A stretch of 64,000 nt of DNA from an uncultured Methanosarcinales archaeon (GTDB lineage Archaea; Nanobdellota; Nanobdellia; Woesearchaeales; CAYVYK01): assembly GCA_964455675.1 (NCBI GenBank), contig CAYVYK010000005.1:1-64000 (forward strand). The letters run 5' to 3'. This document shows, piece by piece, positions 9,895 through 18,613 of this stretch (positions are counted from its first letter, which is position 1; each line of letters starts with the position of its first letter). The translations under genes and the position numbers were made by a program. Under the pieces are notes generated by a model. It worked only from the letters and a program-made list of their open reading frames with translations. It was not told the origin of the DNA and searched no databases.

Positions 9895-10044
9895 ATATAG
9901 CATCGGAATTTAACGAAGCTGAATTTCCCACGAGTCTCGGCAACCCCCAAGAATCGTGCTGGAAATTCAATTGGGTAGAGCAGGGGAAATCGCTTGGCGA
10001 TTTAGGTGACACCGACCCTGCGAACCGTTAAATTCCTGTTAAGT
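9895..10044 (+). repeat. attC-like element D (copy 2 of 142-bp repeat)
   Basis: Near-identical to element B; ends GTTAAGT (GTTRRRY). Confidence 0.8.
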
Positions 10045-10140
10045 ACGTTTCCAATACGCAAGTGTGGGAAACCTGCGTCCGCGGAGTAAAATTTCTATTT
10101 CCCCGATAGTTTAATAAACATTTTGGTATATGGTAATATT

Positions 10141-10296
10141 ATGGATAGAGATAAAATACAATTTTTTGCGGGATTGATACTTGCGCTTGGATCTGCAGTT
10201 TGGACTTTCTTCGGTTCGTTTCATCCAAGCCATACAATAATCTTAATTGTGGGATTAGGAGCAATAGTAACATCAAAATATAGATTATTGAAGTAA
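10141..10296 (+). CDS. 51-aa two-helix membrane peptide (cassette 4)
   Basis: Hand translation MDRDKIQFFAGLILALGSAVWTFFGSFHPSHTIILIVGLGAIVTSKYRLLK; TATA-like TTTAATAAA at 10110. Confidence 0.65.
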   Translation: MDRDKIQFFAGLILALGSAVWTFFGSFHPSHTIILIVGLGAIVTSKYRLLK

Positions 10297-10337
10297 GTAA
10301 TTATTTTCTACAATCCAGGAAATGGAAATTTTATTGA

Positions 10338-10483
10338 ACTTAACAACGGCATTAACAGAAGTTTTTTGCCCTCGTGAGCCCGAACCTCGTGAAACAGAGG
10401 TGCGAGAGCGAACAGTGATGACAAAACATTTGGGAAAGCGAAGTGCAACGATCTTTCCAGTATCTCCGCAAGAGAAAGTCAGT
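10338..10483 (+). repeat. attC-like element E (left arm present, right arm not found)
   Basis: ACTTAAC (RYYYAAC) + AACGG; exact complement of GTTAAGT that opens the same cassette; followed by short hairpins. Confidence 0.55.
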
Positions 10484-11341
10484 CTAGTCCATCTGCCCGA
10501 GCACTGATGCATTGATCTGTTTGGCCATGCCCATGTTCTTTATCACGGTGAGCTTGATAACGGACTTCTTATTGACGATTCTTGAGAGCTCTGTGATGTC
10601 AAGCTTCTCGAGTGTGGAATTCTTTCGGAAGAATACCTCGAGCGCTTGCACGATATCTGGTGGATACTGTGTCTGCACGATGAGATCTCCGTACGTTCCG
10701 ACGTAATACTTCCGGTCAAACGATGAGAGTGACGGATCGATCTCCATCTTCACGCCAATGTGGTGGTAGAACCTCTTAATATTTCGGTCAAGTGCAGTAC
10801 TGCCTATGGAGAGGATATATGACTTTATGCCTTTTTTCTTGAGTTTTCCCATGATCTGGCGTTCCCGGTCTGGATGCAGCAGGACTTCCCACGCGTGTGC
10901 TGCCTGGTACACATTGACATTGGGATCTCCTTTCTTGAGGTGTTTGTACCAATCGTCGATGAGGTCCTGCCAGAATACCATCATGTCATTGAGCGATTTG
11001 AATGTGAAGACCGCTATCTCGTTTCCAATAGCATCCTCTCGAGTAGGCTTGCTTTTCTGCTCATAGATCTCGGTGTAGAGGGTATCGACTTTCTGTTTGA
11101 GTTCTCGCACGTATTCACGGCTTATTGAGAATTCCTTGCCGGTTTGGTTAATGACTCCTGCAAAGGAAAGCTCGAGAAGCGCTTTGCGAACCGCCTGAAA
11201 CGTGATGGACTTCCCGTACCGCTTCTTGATAATATTCGTGAGATCAATAATCTTGAGTGGGTACTCCTTTGAGAGGATGGTGAACACCATGTCCTTTGCG
11301 CTATCGGTGCGATCAAGTGGTAATGATACTCTAATGGGCAT
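10484..11341 (-). CDS. Winged-helix transcriptional regulator-like protein
   Basis: N-terminal wHTH (ITFQAVRKALLEL...GVI) plus a C-terminal domain. Confidence 0.7.
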   Translation of the reverse strand: MPIRVSLPLDRTDSAKDMVFTILSKEYPLKIIDLTNIIKKRYGKSITFQAVRKALLELSFAGVINQTGKEFSISREYVRELKQKVDTLYTEIYEQKSKPTREDAIGNEIAVFTFKSLNDMMVFWQDLIDDWYKHLKKGDPNVNVYQAAHAWEVLLHPDRERQIMGKLKKKGIKSYILSIGSTALDRNIKRFYHHIGVKMEIDPSLSSFDRKYYVGTYGDLIVQTQYPPDIVQALEVFFRKNSTLEKLDITELSRIVNKKSVIKLTVIKNMGMAKQINASVLGQMD

Positions 11342-11449
11342 TAAACCAATAAGTACATAAGATTATTTAAACCTAACGGTTTAATTCTCATTGAACCAAA
11401 CATGCATAAAACTTTGCATTAACCACTAGTGAATAACGAAGGAGGAATC

Positions 11450-11860
11450 ATGATGGAAAACGATTCATTAGTGGATTACGCTGATATGTATCACAAAGAA
11501 AGGGTAAGGAATCTCAAATGCAAGGCTCTCGGAGCGATAGCGCTCGGCCTGCTCATAGAGACAGGTGTAGCTGTGTGTTCTATCGCGTATGAGAAAGGTT
11601 ACCAGAGTGGACGAGAGGACGCTGCGCGTGCAGTGTATGCACATGAGTACGTTCCTGTTGCCAATGGCGCTGCATCTCACATTTTCTTCGAAGGTTATGA
11701 TGACCGCCCAGAGATCATGCACGCCAAGGCTCTTCGCGATGTTGCGCTCGGTTATAGCAGAACCAGCGAGGAACAGGAACGACATCGTGCTTTCGGATAC
11801 CTCCCTCCGGGCATTGTCCACCCCGCAGAGATTGAAAGGGCAAGACACGATCAGCGCTAA
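11450..11860 (+). CDS. Hypothetical membrane-anchored protein
   Basis: GGAGG RBS before ATGATG; one hydrophobic helix. Confidence 0.6.
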   Translation: MMENDSLVDYADMYHKERVRNLKCKALGAIALGLLIETGVAVCSIAYEKGYQSGREDAARAVYAHEYVPVANGAASHIFFEGYDDRPEIMHAKALRDVALGYSRTSEEQERHRAFGYLPPGIVHPAEIERARHDQR

Positions 11861-11888
11861 AGCAAAATAACGAAATGCACACAGCAAA

Positions 11889-12085
11889 GCCATCATTCAA
11901 GCGAAGCTTGAAGATGGCGTCCGAGACAAGGCCGACCGGAGGGAAGCCGATCGTCCTACGATAATATTTTAATGCCTTTGTGCACCACATCTTTGACCGA
12001 CGGGAGGCCGATCGTCCCACGATATTATTATGATATTAGATTTTTATTTCGCCTTGACGACGGGAGGCCGACCCTTCCACAATAA
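11889..12085. repeat. Three degenerate copies of a REP-like repeat (..GACGGGAGGCCGATCGTCC(T/C)ACGATA), about 60-bp period
   Basis: Copies near 11930, 11993 and 12054; related sequences at 13549-13564 and 31014-31082. Confidence 0.7.
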
Positions 12086-12191
12086 TCCAGAGCAAAGGGA
12101 TAGTAAACTGGATTGCGGAGGGTTATCGATATACTGGTGAGTTCATAGGAATTGAGTTACATTTATATAAAATTGGGTTATTATCGAATTA

Positions 12192-13484
12192 ATGAGAATA
12201 AGTTGTATTATTCCTGCATTCAATGAAGAACCAACCATCATTAATGTAATCAGGACTGTTAAAAAAGTTAAGGTAATCGATGAAATCATTGTTGTTGATG
12301 ATGGATCTACAGACAATACTTTTAGGAATGCCAAATTAGAATCCGTTAAAGTTATTAGACATACCAAAAACCGGGGAAAGGGGGCAGCAATTAAAACCGG
12401 AGTTACGCATTCTTCAGGTGAAATCATACTGTTTCTTGATGCTGATCTTTACTCCATTTCACCGAAAAAAATTGCATCAATTCTTCAACCGATAGAAAAT
12501 GGTGAGGCTGACTTCGTTAAGACTTCATTTTCCAGGGCAAGAGGCAGAGTGACTGAGCTTGTCGTGAAACCATTATTCAGAGTAATTTTTCCATTCATAA
12601 CTTTTTATCAACCCTTAAGCGGGCAATTTGCACTGAAGAGGGATTTATTCAAGGACTTGAAAATTGATGATAAGTGGGGCGTTGATATTCAAATACTGCT
12701 CCAACTAGTAAAAAAAGGCGTACGAATAGCTGAAGTAGACATCGGAAAACTAAGACACAAAAAGCAGCCCTTGGAAAATTTGACTATTATGTCCGAGCAG
12801 GTTATCAAGACAATCTTATCTGAACTGGGTATTATTGCGAACAAGCACAAACTGGTGATATTCGATTTTGACAAGACTCTCATTCGAGAAAGCAGTATCG
12901 AAGTAGTTGCCAAAGAGTTTGGATTTCTGAAACAACTAAAATCGCTAAGAGCTGATTATGGAAAGGGGAAAATTAAGGATTATAACATAACTTTGGAACT
13001 CGCAAATCTGATTAAAGGGAAAACTCAGAATGATTTTGAAAAGGTTTTTCAGAATATTAATCTTAGGAGAACAGCAAAAGGTACTATTGAAAGACTTAAA
13101 AAAAGACAATATCATGTCGGCATCATTTCTGTTGCTTTTTCCCCGATAATATACTATTTTGCTAATATACTTGGAATTGATAAAAGGAATATTGTATGCC
13201 CGATTTTAGTAACGGATAGTGATGGAAGGTACACGGGAGAAGTTATCGCAAAGACAAAATATAATTCAAAATGCTGTGATATGATCATCTGCAAGGCTGA
13301 GGCTACTAAAGAATTAATGAAAAAATTAAATGTTAAAGCAGAAGAATGCATTGCACTTGGTGATGGAAAATCAGATGCGTGTTTGTTTCGTGCTTGCGGT
13401 CTTTCTCTGGCGTACAAACCCGTAACGCCTATAGGCGATGTTAGAATATTGAATCTCGCAGAAGTCTTAATATATGCAGAATAA
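12192..13484 (+). CDS. Glucosyl/mannosyl-3-phosphoglycerate synthase-like GT2 fused to a phosphoserine-phosphatase-like HAD domain
   Basis: IIPAFNEE, VVDDGSTD, FLDAD, GRVTELVVKP, QPLSGQFA, WGVDI (GpgS-type motifs); C-terminal FDFDKTL..LGDGKSD. Confidence 0.85.
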   Translation: MRISCIIPAFNEEPTIINVIRTVKKVKVIDEIIVVDDGSTDNTFRNAKLESVKVIRHTKNRGKGAAIKTGVTHSSGEIILFLDADLYSISPKKIASILQPIENGEADFVKTSFSRARGRVTELVVKPLFRVIFPFITFYQPLSGQFALKRDLFKDLKIDDKWGVDIQILLQLVKKGVRIAEVDIGKLRHKKQPLENLTIMSEQVIKTILSELGIIANKHKLVIFDFDKTLIRESSIEVVAKEFGFLKQLKSLRADYGKGKIKDYNITLELANLIKGKTQNDFEKVFQNINLRRTAKGTIERLKKRQYHVGIISVAFSPIIYYFANILGIDKRNIVCPILVTDSDGRYTGEVIAKTKYNSKCCDMIICKAEATKELMKKLNVKAEECIALGDGKSDACLFRACGLSLAYKPVTPIGDVRILNLAEVLIYAE

Positions 13485-13644
13485 TTGATGAAAACTCTCC
13501 TTTGATAAATACACTGGAAAATTTTTTGCTGGTGGACAAGTCATATATCCGACCGTCCTACGATGTAATTTCTTTATATATTTTTCATAAAAAGTCATAA
13601 TTTTTTTCCAAACCTTTATTAATCTCCCCGTCTAAAAAGAAGGT

Positions 13645-15783
13645 ATGATCTTCATGTACGGCAACTCGATGGATCGGGACTACATTGGTAACCTTGCCGA
13701 GGAGAAGAAAGTTGCTCCAAGGCAGACTCCCGAGATTCGGGCGTCCGATATCAGCCCCTCGGTAACCGAGGGTGGTAGGTTTGGCAATCTCATCCAGTCC
13801 GCGCAAGGCATGATCCGCCTTGGAGCCGCAAAGGTTGAGCTTCAGTTGCAGCAGGGTGGTGGTCAAGAGCCCGTTGGTCCTGATTCGTATGGTAAGGAAG
13901 CCCGTCAGACGTTGCGCGAGATCTCCAAGGTTAACCAGGTGCAGTTTGCGGCAGTGCATGCGCCGGTTACGGTGGGTAATGTTTCCGGTTTTAATCCCGA
14001 GACTGGTTTTTCTGAGCAGCAACGCGGGTCCTCTGTTGAGGAAATAAAGAAGGCAATTGAGTTTAGCGCCGATGTAGCGGGCGGTAGCCCGGTTGTCGTC
14101 CACACCGGCGAATTTTTCCGTCCCATGGAGGGTGCTGATTGGAATCGCAAGCTCGGTGAGGGAAAGAACGGTTATGAGTTTCTCGCCTACCAGGAAGAGC
14201 CTGGCCGAGCGATCAAGTATCTTGTTGATAGAAGGACTGGTCAGATCCAGGCGAATGTAAGGAAGAGCCAGATCTACATTGAGCCCAAATTCATGGGGGC
14301 AGAGCATGATATGGAGGGTTACACGGTCGATGGTAAGCGTAAAGTGCACATCAAGAAGGGTGACTGGGTGACCGAGGATGGCCGCTGGATTGACGCCACA
14401 AATCCTGATGAGTTGAAACTGCGCAAACCCTTCTGGGATCCGGAGAATAATAAGTTTGAGACGCAGACGCTCACATGGGAGGATATTGAGAAGCGTACGA
14501 AGTGGTGGAATGATCGTTATCGTGAAAAGGGTGAGCGTCCCATTAAGCCCGAGGAGATGGCGTTCCGTATCCAGGCAGAGAATGGTATCTTGCAGGCGAA
14601 GGGTAACGCGCTCTACTACTCAAGGCAGTATCAGGAAGCCGTGCGTGAGCGCGATGTATTGAAGCAGGTGCTCAAGCACTATCAGGACATTGAGAAGGAC
14701 GCTCCTCCTGAGGTCATTCGTGATATGATGATCAAGGACCCGCAGATCAATCGTGATCCGCTCGTGCGTCAGCTCTGGCCAAAGTACGATGAGCGTCGTC
14801 CAACGGTGGTAATTGAGGAGGCCTTGAAGCGCGCTGAAGCTGACGTGCTCTACATTCGGGAGGGTTCAGCGGCCGCGGATGCGCGTGCCGCGGAAATCGA
14901 GCTTTCCTTGCAGCACGTGATTCCGATGGAAGAGTATGCAAAGCAACAAAGTGCGCATTCTTATGCTGAGCTTGGCATTCATGCGATGCAGCAGACAAAG
15001 GAAAATCCTCATGTGAAGAAGGATGTGTTTGTCGCTCCTGAGAACATTTTTCCAGAGATGGGGTATGGTTCCCATCCTGAGGAATTGATCGAGCTCGTGA
15101 CCGATGCAAGGAAGCAGATGGTAAAGCTCCTCACGTCACCTAAGATTGAGGATCCTCACGGGCGAAGGAAGGCTGATGGTAGCCTTGAGCTCGTGCCAAA
15201 CCCGTACTTTCATAAGGGGATTGATGAACATAAGGCGGAGGAAATGGCGAACAAGCATATTCGCGCAACCCTTGACACCCAGCACTTGAGTATGTGGCGC
15301 AAGTACTTTCAGCCGCAGTATCAGAAGGGTGAGGGCAGGATGGAGACGCCTGAGGAGACAGACAAGCGCTTCAATAAATGGTACATAAACCAGGTCGAGA
15401 AACTGTCGCAGTCTGGTATACTCGGTCACATTCATCTCGTTGATGCGTTTGGTTCTGGTCATTCGCATCTTCCCGCGGGTCAAGGTAAGTTTCCGGTGGT
15501 TGATGCGGTGAGGTATTTGAAGAAGAAGGGGTATGATGGTTCTATTACGTCAGAAGGTTATGGCGAGAGCGCGTATGGACCTGACCGGATCTTTACGAAG
15601 GTTCTTGAGGCATTTGACAGTCCGACGTTCAGTGGCATGTACTCGGGTGGTTTTGGCAGGCCGAATTATTGGTCGGGTGTTGCGCAGTCATACTTTGGGA
15701 CGATGGTTCCGCCATACTTTATCTTTGGCGCGTACACTCCAAGTAATGAGTGGAAGTTCTGGAGCGAAGTGCCGCTCGAGTGA
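13645..15783 (+). CDS. Xylose isomerase/AP-endonuclease-2-like TIM barrel with a large insertion
   Basis: VHAP, VVVHTGE, APEN, TLDTQHL, HIHLVD, HLPAGQG and ITSE metal-binding motifs; long insertion between VHTGE and APEN. Confidence 0.75.
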   Translation: MIFMYGNSMDRDYIGNLAEEKKVAPRQTPEIRASDISPSVTEGGRFGNLIQSAQGMIRLGAAKVELQLQQGGGQEPVGPDSYGKEARQTLREISKVNQVQFAAVHAPVTVGNVSGFNPETGFSEQQRGSSVEEIKKAIEFSADVAGGSPVVVHTGEFFRPMEGADWNRKLGEGKNGYEFLAYQEEPGRAIKYLVDRRTGQIQANVRKSQIYIEPKFMGAEHDMEGYTVDGKRKVHIKKGDWVTEDGRWIDATNPDELKLRKPFWDPENNKFETQTLTWEDIEKRTKWWNDRYREKGERPIKPEEMAFRIQAENGILQAKGNALYYSRQYQEAVRERDVLKQVLKHYQDIEKDAPPEVIRDMMIKDPQINRDPLVRQLWPKYDERRPTVVIEEALKRAEADVLYIREGSAAADARAAEIELSLQHVIPMEEYAKQQSAHSYAELGIHAMQQTKENPHVKKDVFVAPENIFPEMGYGSHPEELIELVTDARKQMVKLLTSPKIEDPHGRRKADGSLELVPNPYFHKGIDEHKAEEMANKHIRATLDTQHLSMWRKYFQPQYQKGEGRMETPEETDKRFNKWYINQVEKLSQSGILGHIHLVDAFGSGHSHLPAGQGKFPVVDAVRYLKKKGYDGSITSEGYGESAYGPDRIFTKVLEAFDSPTFSGMYSGGFGRPNYWSGVAQSYFGTMVPPYFIFGAYTPSNEWKFWSEVPLE

Positions 15784-15786
15784 TTG

Positions 15787-16041
15787 CTACTTGAGATCGA
15801 GAATGGGCTCTTCCGGCTCGTCGAGTAATATTTTCTGGGCAAGGTCTATCGTATCAGAGCCGACGTGAGTTTCACTTTTCCAATTGACGTTCGCGAATCT
15901 CGGCTGTCCGTTCAGGGAATGCACGGTGACGGAAGTCACGTCTTTTCCCGCGAACTGTGCAGCGTACGCTGTCTTGATCTGTGTCCATCGATTCATGAGA
16001 TCATACGCTTCCTGTGCATCTTGGTACTCGTGTGTTTCCAT
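15787..16041 (-). CDS. Hypothetical protein
   Basis: 84-aa ORF with AGGA RBS filling the gap between neighbours. Confidence 0.55.
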   Translation of the reverse strand: METHEYQDAQEAYDLMNRWTQIKTAYAAQFAGKDVTSVTVHSLNGQPRFANVNWKSETHVGSDTIDLAQKILLDEPEEPILDLK

Positions 16042-16101
16042 AATCCTTGTAACTAAGGAGTGGTATAATAATTTATCGTCCCGACGATAAAATGGCTGCG
16101 C

Positions 16102-16737
16102 TTACTTCGATAGGAGCTTGAACGCGTGCGTCCAGTGATTGTTCAGAAATCCGTATCTGATCCAGATGAGCGCGAGCGCCTCGAGAAGATACGCTTGGTC
16201 GATGCCTCCAATGTCGATCACTCCCCACCCCCATCGTTTCGCGATCTCGGTTGTTTTTTTCTTGGCATTCATATCGTTGCCCGCGATAAAAAGGTCTGGC
16301 TTTCCTTCGTGGAGCTGTGCATGAGTCATGTACATTGCAGGAACGGTGTTGAACGCTTTGACGACATAAGATTTCACAAGCAGCTGTTGTATCTCTTCTC
16401 CTAGCGAGTGAGGGAACGCCGTAAAGAGTGTTGGCGGCGCTCCCTCATTTTGTCGTAGGGGATTTGTGATATCGATAACAATCTTATGGTCAAAATTGTT
16501 GATCTTTGATTCCCGTATGACTGAAGTTGCTGCGCTTCCTTTCACTGCGATGACGATGAGATCGGCGGTCTTGCATGCCTCTTCATAGTCCGTTACATGG
16601 ACGTTCCTGACCGTTTTTATCCATTCTGCCAGCTTTTCAGGGTGTCGTGTGCCGATGAAAACGTTGCTTCCCTGCTTGGAAAAACCGCTCGCTATAGCTC
16701 TTCCAACATCACCTGAACCGAGAACTCCAATGTTCAT
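16102..16737 (-). CDS. F420-dependent NADP oxidoreductase-family dinucleotide-binding protein
   Basis: IGVLGSGDVG, IDITNP, VVKAFNT, IDIGGI. Confidence 0.9.
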   Translation of the reverse strand: MNIGVLGSGDVGRAIASGFSKQGSNVFIGTRHPEKLAEWIKTVRNVHVTDYEEACKTADLIVIAVKGSAATSVIRESKINNFDHKIVIDITNPLRQNEGAPPTLFTAFPHSLGEEIQQLLVKSYVVKAFNTVPAMYMTHAQLHEGKPDLFIAGNDMNAKKKTTEIAKRWGWGVIDIGGIDQAYLLEALALIWIRYGFLNNHWTHAFKLLSK

Positions 16738-16774
16738 GGCTTGACCCCTCGTCGGAAATATGATGTCCGCGATA

Positions 16775-16945
16775 TTACATCACCTTCATTGCTTTTTCAA
16801 CGTCTTTATCAGACATTTCTTTGTTGTGCGAATTTTTCACATGTTCCACAGTATATTTCTTCACTTCGGATTTGTCGTGGCTTTGGATGATAAAACCGCA
16901 CATCGGATCGCACTCTACTCGTACAAGTTTTGTTTTAGATTGCAT
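16775..16945 (-). CDS. Small metal-binding protein (DUF1059-like)
   Basis: Hand translation MQSKTKLVRVECDPMCGFIIQSHDKSEVKKYTVEHVKNSHNKEMSDKDVEKAMKVM; CxxxC and HxxxxH; AGGTGA RBS. Confidence 0.75.
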   Translation of the reverse strand: MQSKTKLVRVECDPMCGFIIQSHDKSEVKKYTVEHVKNSHNKEMSDKDVEKAMKVM

Positions 16946-17126
16946 GCTGGCATCACCTTGCTCATTTTTTTTCTCGAAGTATTATCCCGAAGTATTAGTC
17001 AGTTTGGTTTAGACTTGTATACTACATATTAATAGAATTTTTAGGTGGTGTTATTTTGGTTGCGAAACCATTTTCTGGAATTGAGCTCCATACCGTTTAA
17101 ATACTCTCACAAGTATAGATAAAGCC

Positions 17127-17294
17127 ATGGTCAAGGACCTGGGGGAAGGGTACCTCTGTGAGGAATGTGAAACGGTATACGGAGAAATCGTCTGGGCGGT
17201 GAGATGTGAGGTCTGGTGCATGGAGCATCGGTCATGCAACCTCGACATCAACAAGCATGCAATGCTGCATCCACGGCAAATTTCCCAAAGTTAA
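17127..17294 (+). CDS. Small Cys/His zinc-binding protein
   Basis: Hand translation MVKDLGEGYLCEECETVYGEIVWAVRCEVWCMEHRSCNLDINKHA..; TATA TTTAAATA upstream. Confidence 0.7.
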   Translation: MVKDLGEGYLCEECETVYGEIVWAVRCEVWCMEHRSCNLDINKHAMLHPRQISQS

Positions 17295-17341
17295 CCGTGG
17301 GTTCGCCAGACAGGGCCTCCTAATAGTAGGTAGGCTGCCTT

Positions 17342-17686
17342 TCAAGGATGTTCCGAAAATTCCAGCGCGAGGGAGTTAATACAGTACCTTGTGCCTGGTC
17401 CGTCGTTGAAGAGGTGTCCGAGGTGTCCTTTGCAGTGCTTGCATGTGACTTCTGTGCGGTGCATTCCGTAGCTGGTATCCTCGCGCAGCTCAACGTTTGT
17501 TGCATTGCAGAAGCTTGGCCATCCTGTTCCCGATTCAAACTTGTCCCTTGAAGAGAAGAGTAGTGTGCCGCACCCTGCACACCTGTACCTGCCTTTTTTC
17601 GTAGTGTGCAAGAGCTTTCCGCTAAATGCTGGTTCTGTTCCTCGCTCTTTAAGGATGCGGTATTGTTCTGGTAATAATTTTTTCAT
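17342..17686 (-). CDS. msrB: Peptide methionine sulfoxide reductase B
   Basis: GTEPAF, KFESGTGWPSF, HLGHLFNDGP, RYCINS. Confidence 0.97.
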   Translation of the reverse strand: MKKLLPEQYRILKERGTEPAFSGKLLHTTKKGRYRCAGCGTLLFSSRDKFESGTGWPSFCNATNVELREDTSYGMHRTEVTCKHCKGHLGHLFNDGPGTRYCINSLALEFSEHP

Positions 17687-17757
17687 AAAGGGGTGTGGTT
17701 AGACCTAAATAAAGAGCTGATGCTTAAGAAAAAGGATGCGGGAGTTTCCCGCGCGAT

Positions 17758-17946
17758 CTACTTGCATTGGCAGTATTTCATCCCAAATGCGATGATGAAC
17801 AGAATGACTGTCCAGCCTGAGATGCCAAAGAGTGTCATGCCGAAGATGTCTCGTAGCAAAAATAGGATGGCTACGATGAGAACGATCCACCAACCATATC
17901 CAGAGCAACCGCAGCTTGAGCACGTAGCGACTTTGTCTGCTTTCAT
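17758..17946 (-). CDS. Small membrane protein
   Basis: 62 aa, two hydrophobic helices, Cys-rich ends. Confidence 0.6.
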   Translation of the reverse strand: MKADKVATCSSCGCSGYGWWIVLIVAILFLLRDIFGMTLFGISGWTVILFIIAFGMKYCQCK

Positions 17947-18067
17947 TTCCTTCTTCAAAGGAATCACCTCTTGGGCGTTTACAGGCTCCTCCCTATAAAA
18001 AGCTTGCTGATATGTCACCGCTTCGTTCTGAACAACCTTTAAATATTTCCTGCAAGGCACATTCATC

Positions 18068-18613
18068 ATGCTTACCAAGATTGTGGCAGAGTTGTTTCCT
18101 TCCTATCTTCTGTTTGTCGCGGCAGGCATGTACACTCTGCCTGGAAGGGCCGAAAAGCCAAAAAAACATGCAATGCAAAAGGTCGATTCCAAGAGTGAGA
18201 TTGAGGAAAAGATCCGTGAGGCAGCAGAGTCCTTGGATCTGGAATTTCCCGTACAGTTGCAGGAGCCTTTTCGGATTCGTCTCGAGCCGATGCAGTACAT
18301 GCCCGTGGATGACCAGCCTGCATCATATCGGGCGGCATATACGTTTGAGAGCTCAGTAAAAGCATATTCGTTCTATGGGGGGTATAATCATGTCGACCCT
18401 CATCGTGAGAAGCATGATATCGAGGATGATAAGGGCGGGCTTGATCCAAAGCTTGATCACGCTGCGATCATGAAGATTCTTCAGGCAGCAAAGCGCGAGA
18501 ACATGTGGGGCGTGAAGACCTATATCAATCCGATGCTGAAGGAAAAGTTTGATCGCTGGAAGATTTTCAATGACGCGGACAACAAGCTCTGGTACGAGAT
18601 TGTGAGCCTGTAG
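18068..18613 (+). CDS. Hypothetical protein
   Basis: 181-aa ORF; TATA TTTAAATA upstream. Confidence 0.65.
   Translation: MLTKIVAELFPSYLLFVAAGMYTLPGRAEKPKKHAMQKVDSKSEIEEKIREAAESLDLEFPVQLQEPFRIRLEPMQYMPVDDQPASYRAAYTFESSVKAYSFYGGYNHVDPHREKHDIEDDKGGLDPKLDHAAIMKILQAAKRENMWGVKTYINPMLKEKFDRWKIFNDADNKLWYEIVSL

Larger units (their letters stand above)
4297..10483 (+). mobile_element. AT-rich gene-cassette array with attC-like junction elements; no integrase in window (CALIN-like)
   Basis: Clear drop in GC; four gene units separated by palindromic elements sharing TAACAnnGG (4300, 4864, 9898 as TAGCA, 10341) and CCTGTTA (4488, 5001, 7421, 10035) ends. Confidence 0.7.

Noticed and set aside
11925..12085. 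CRISPR array
   Set aside because: Only three degenerate units, low-complexity spacers, no cas genes, and related copies are dispersed
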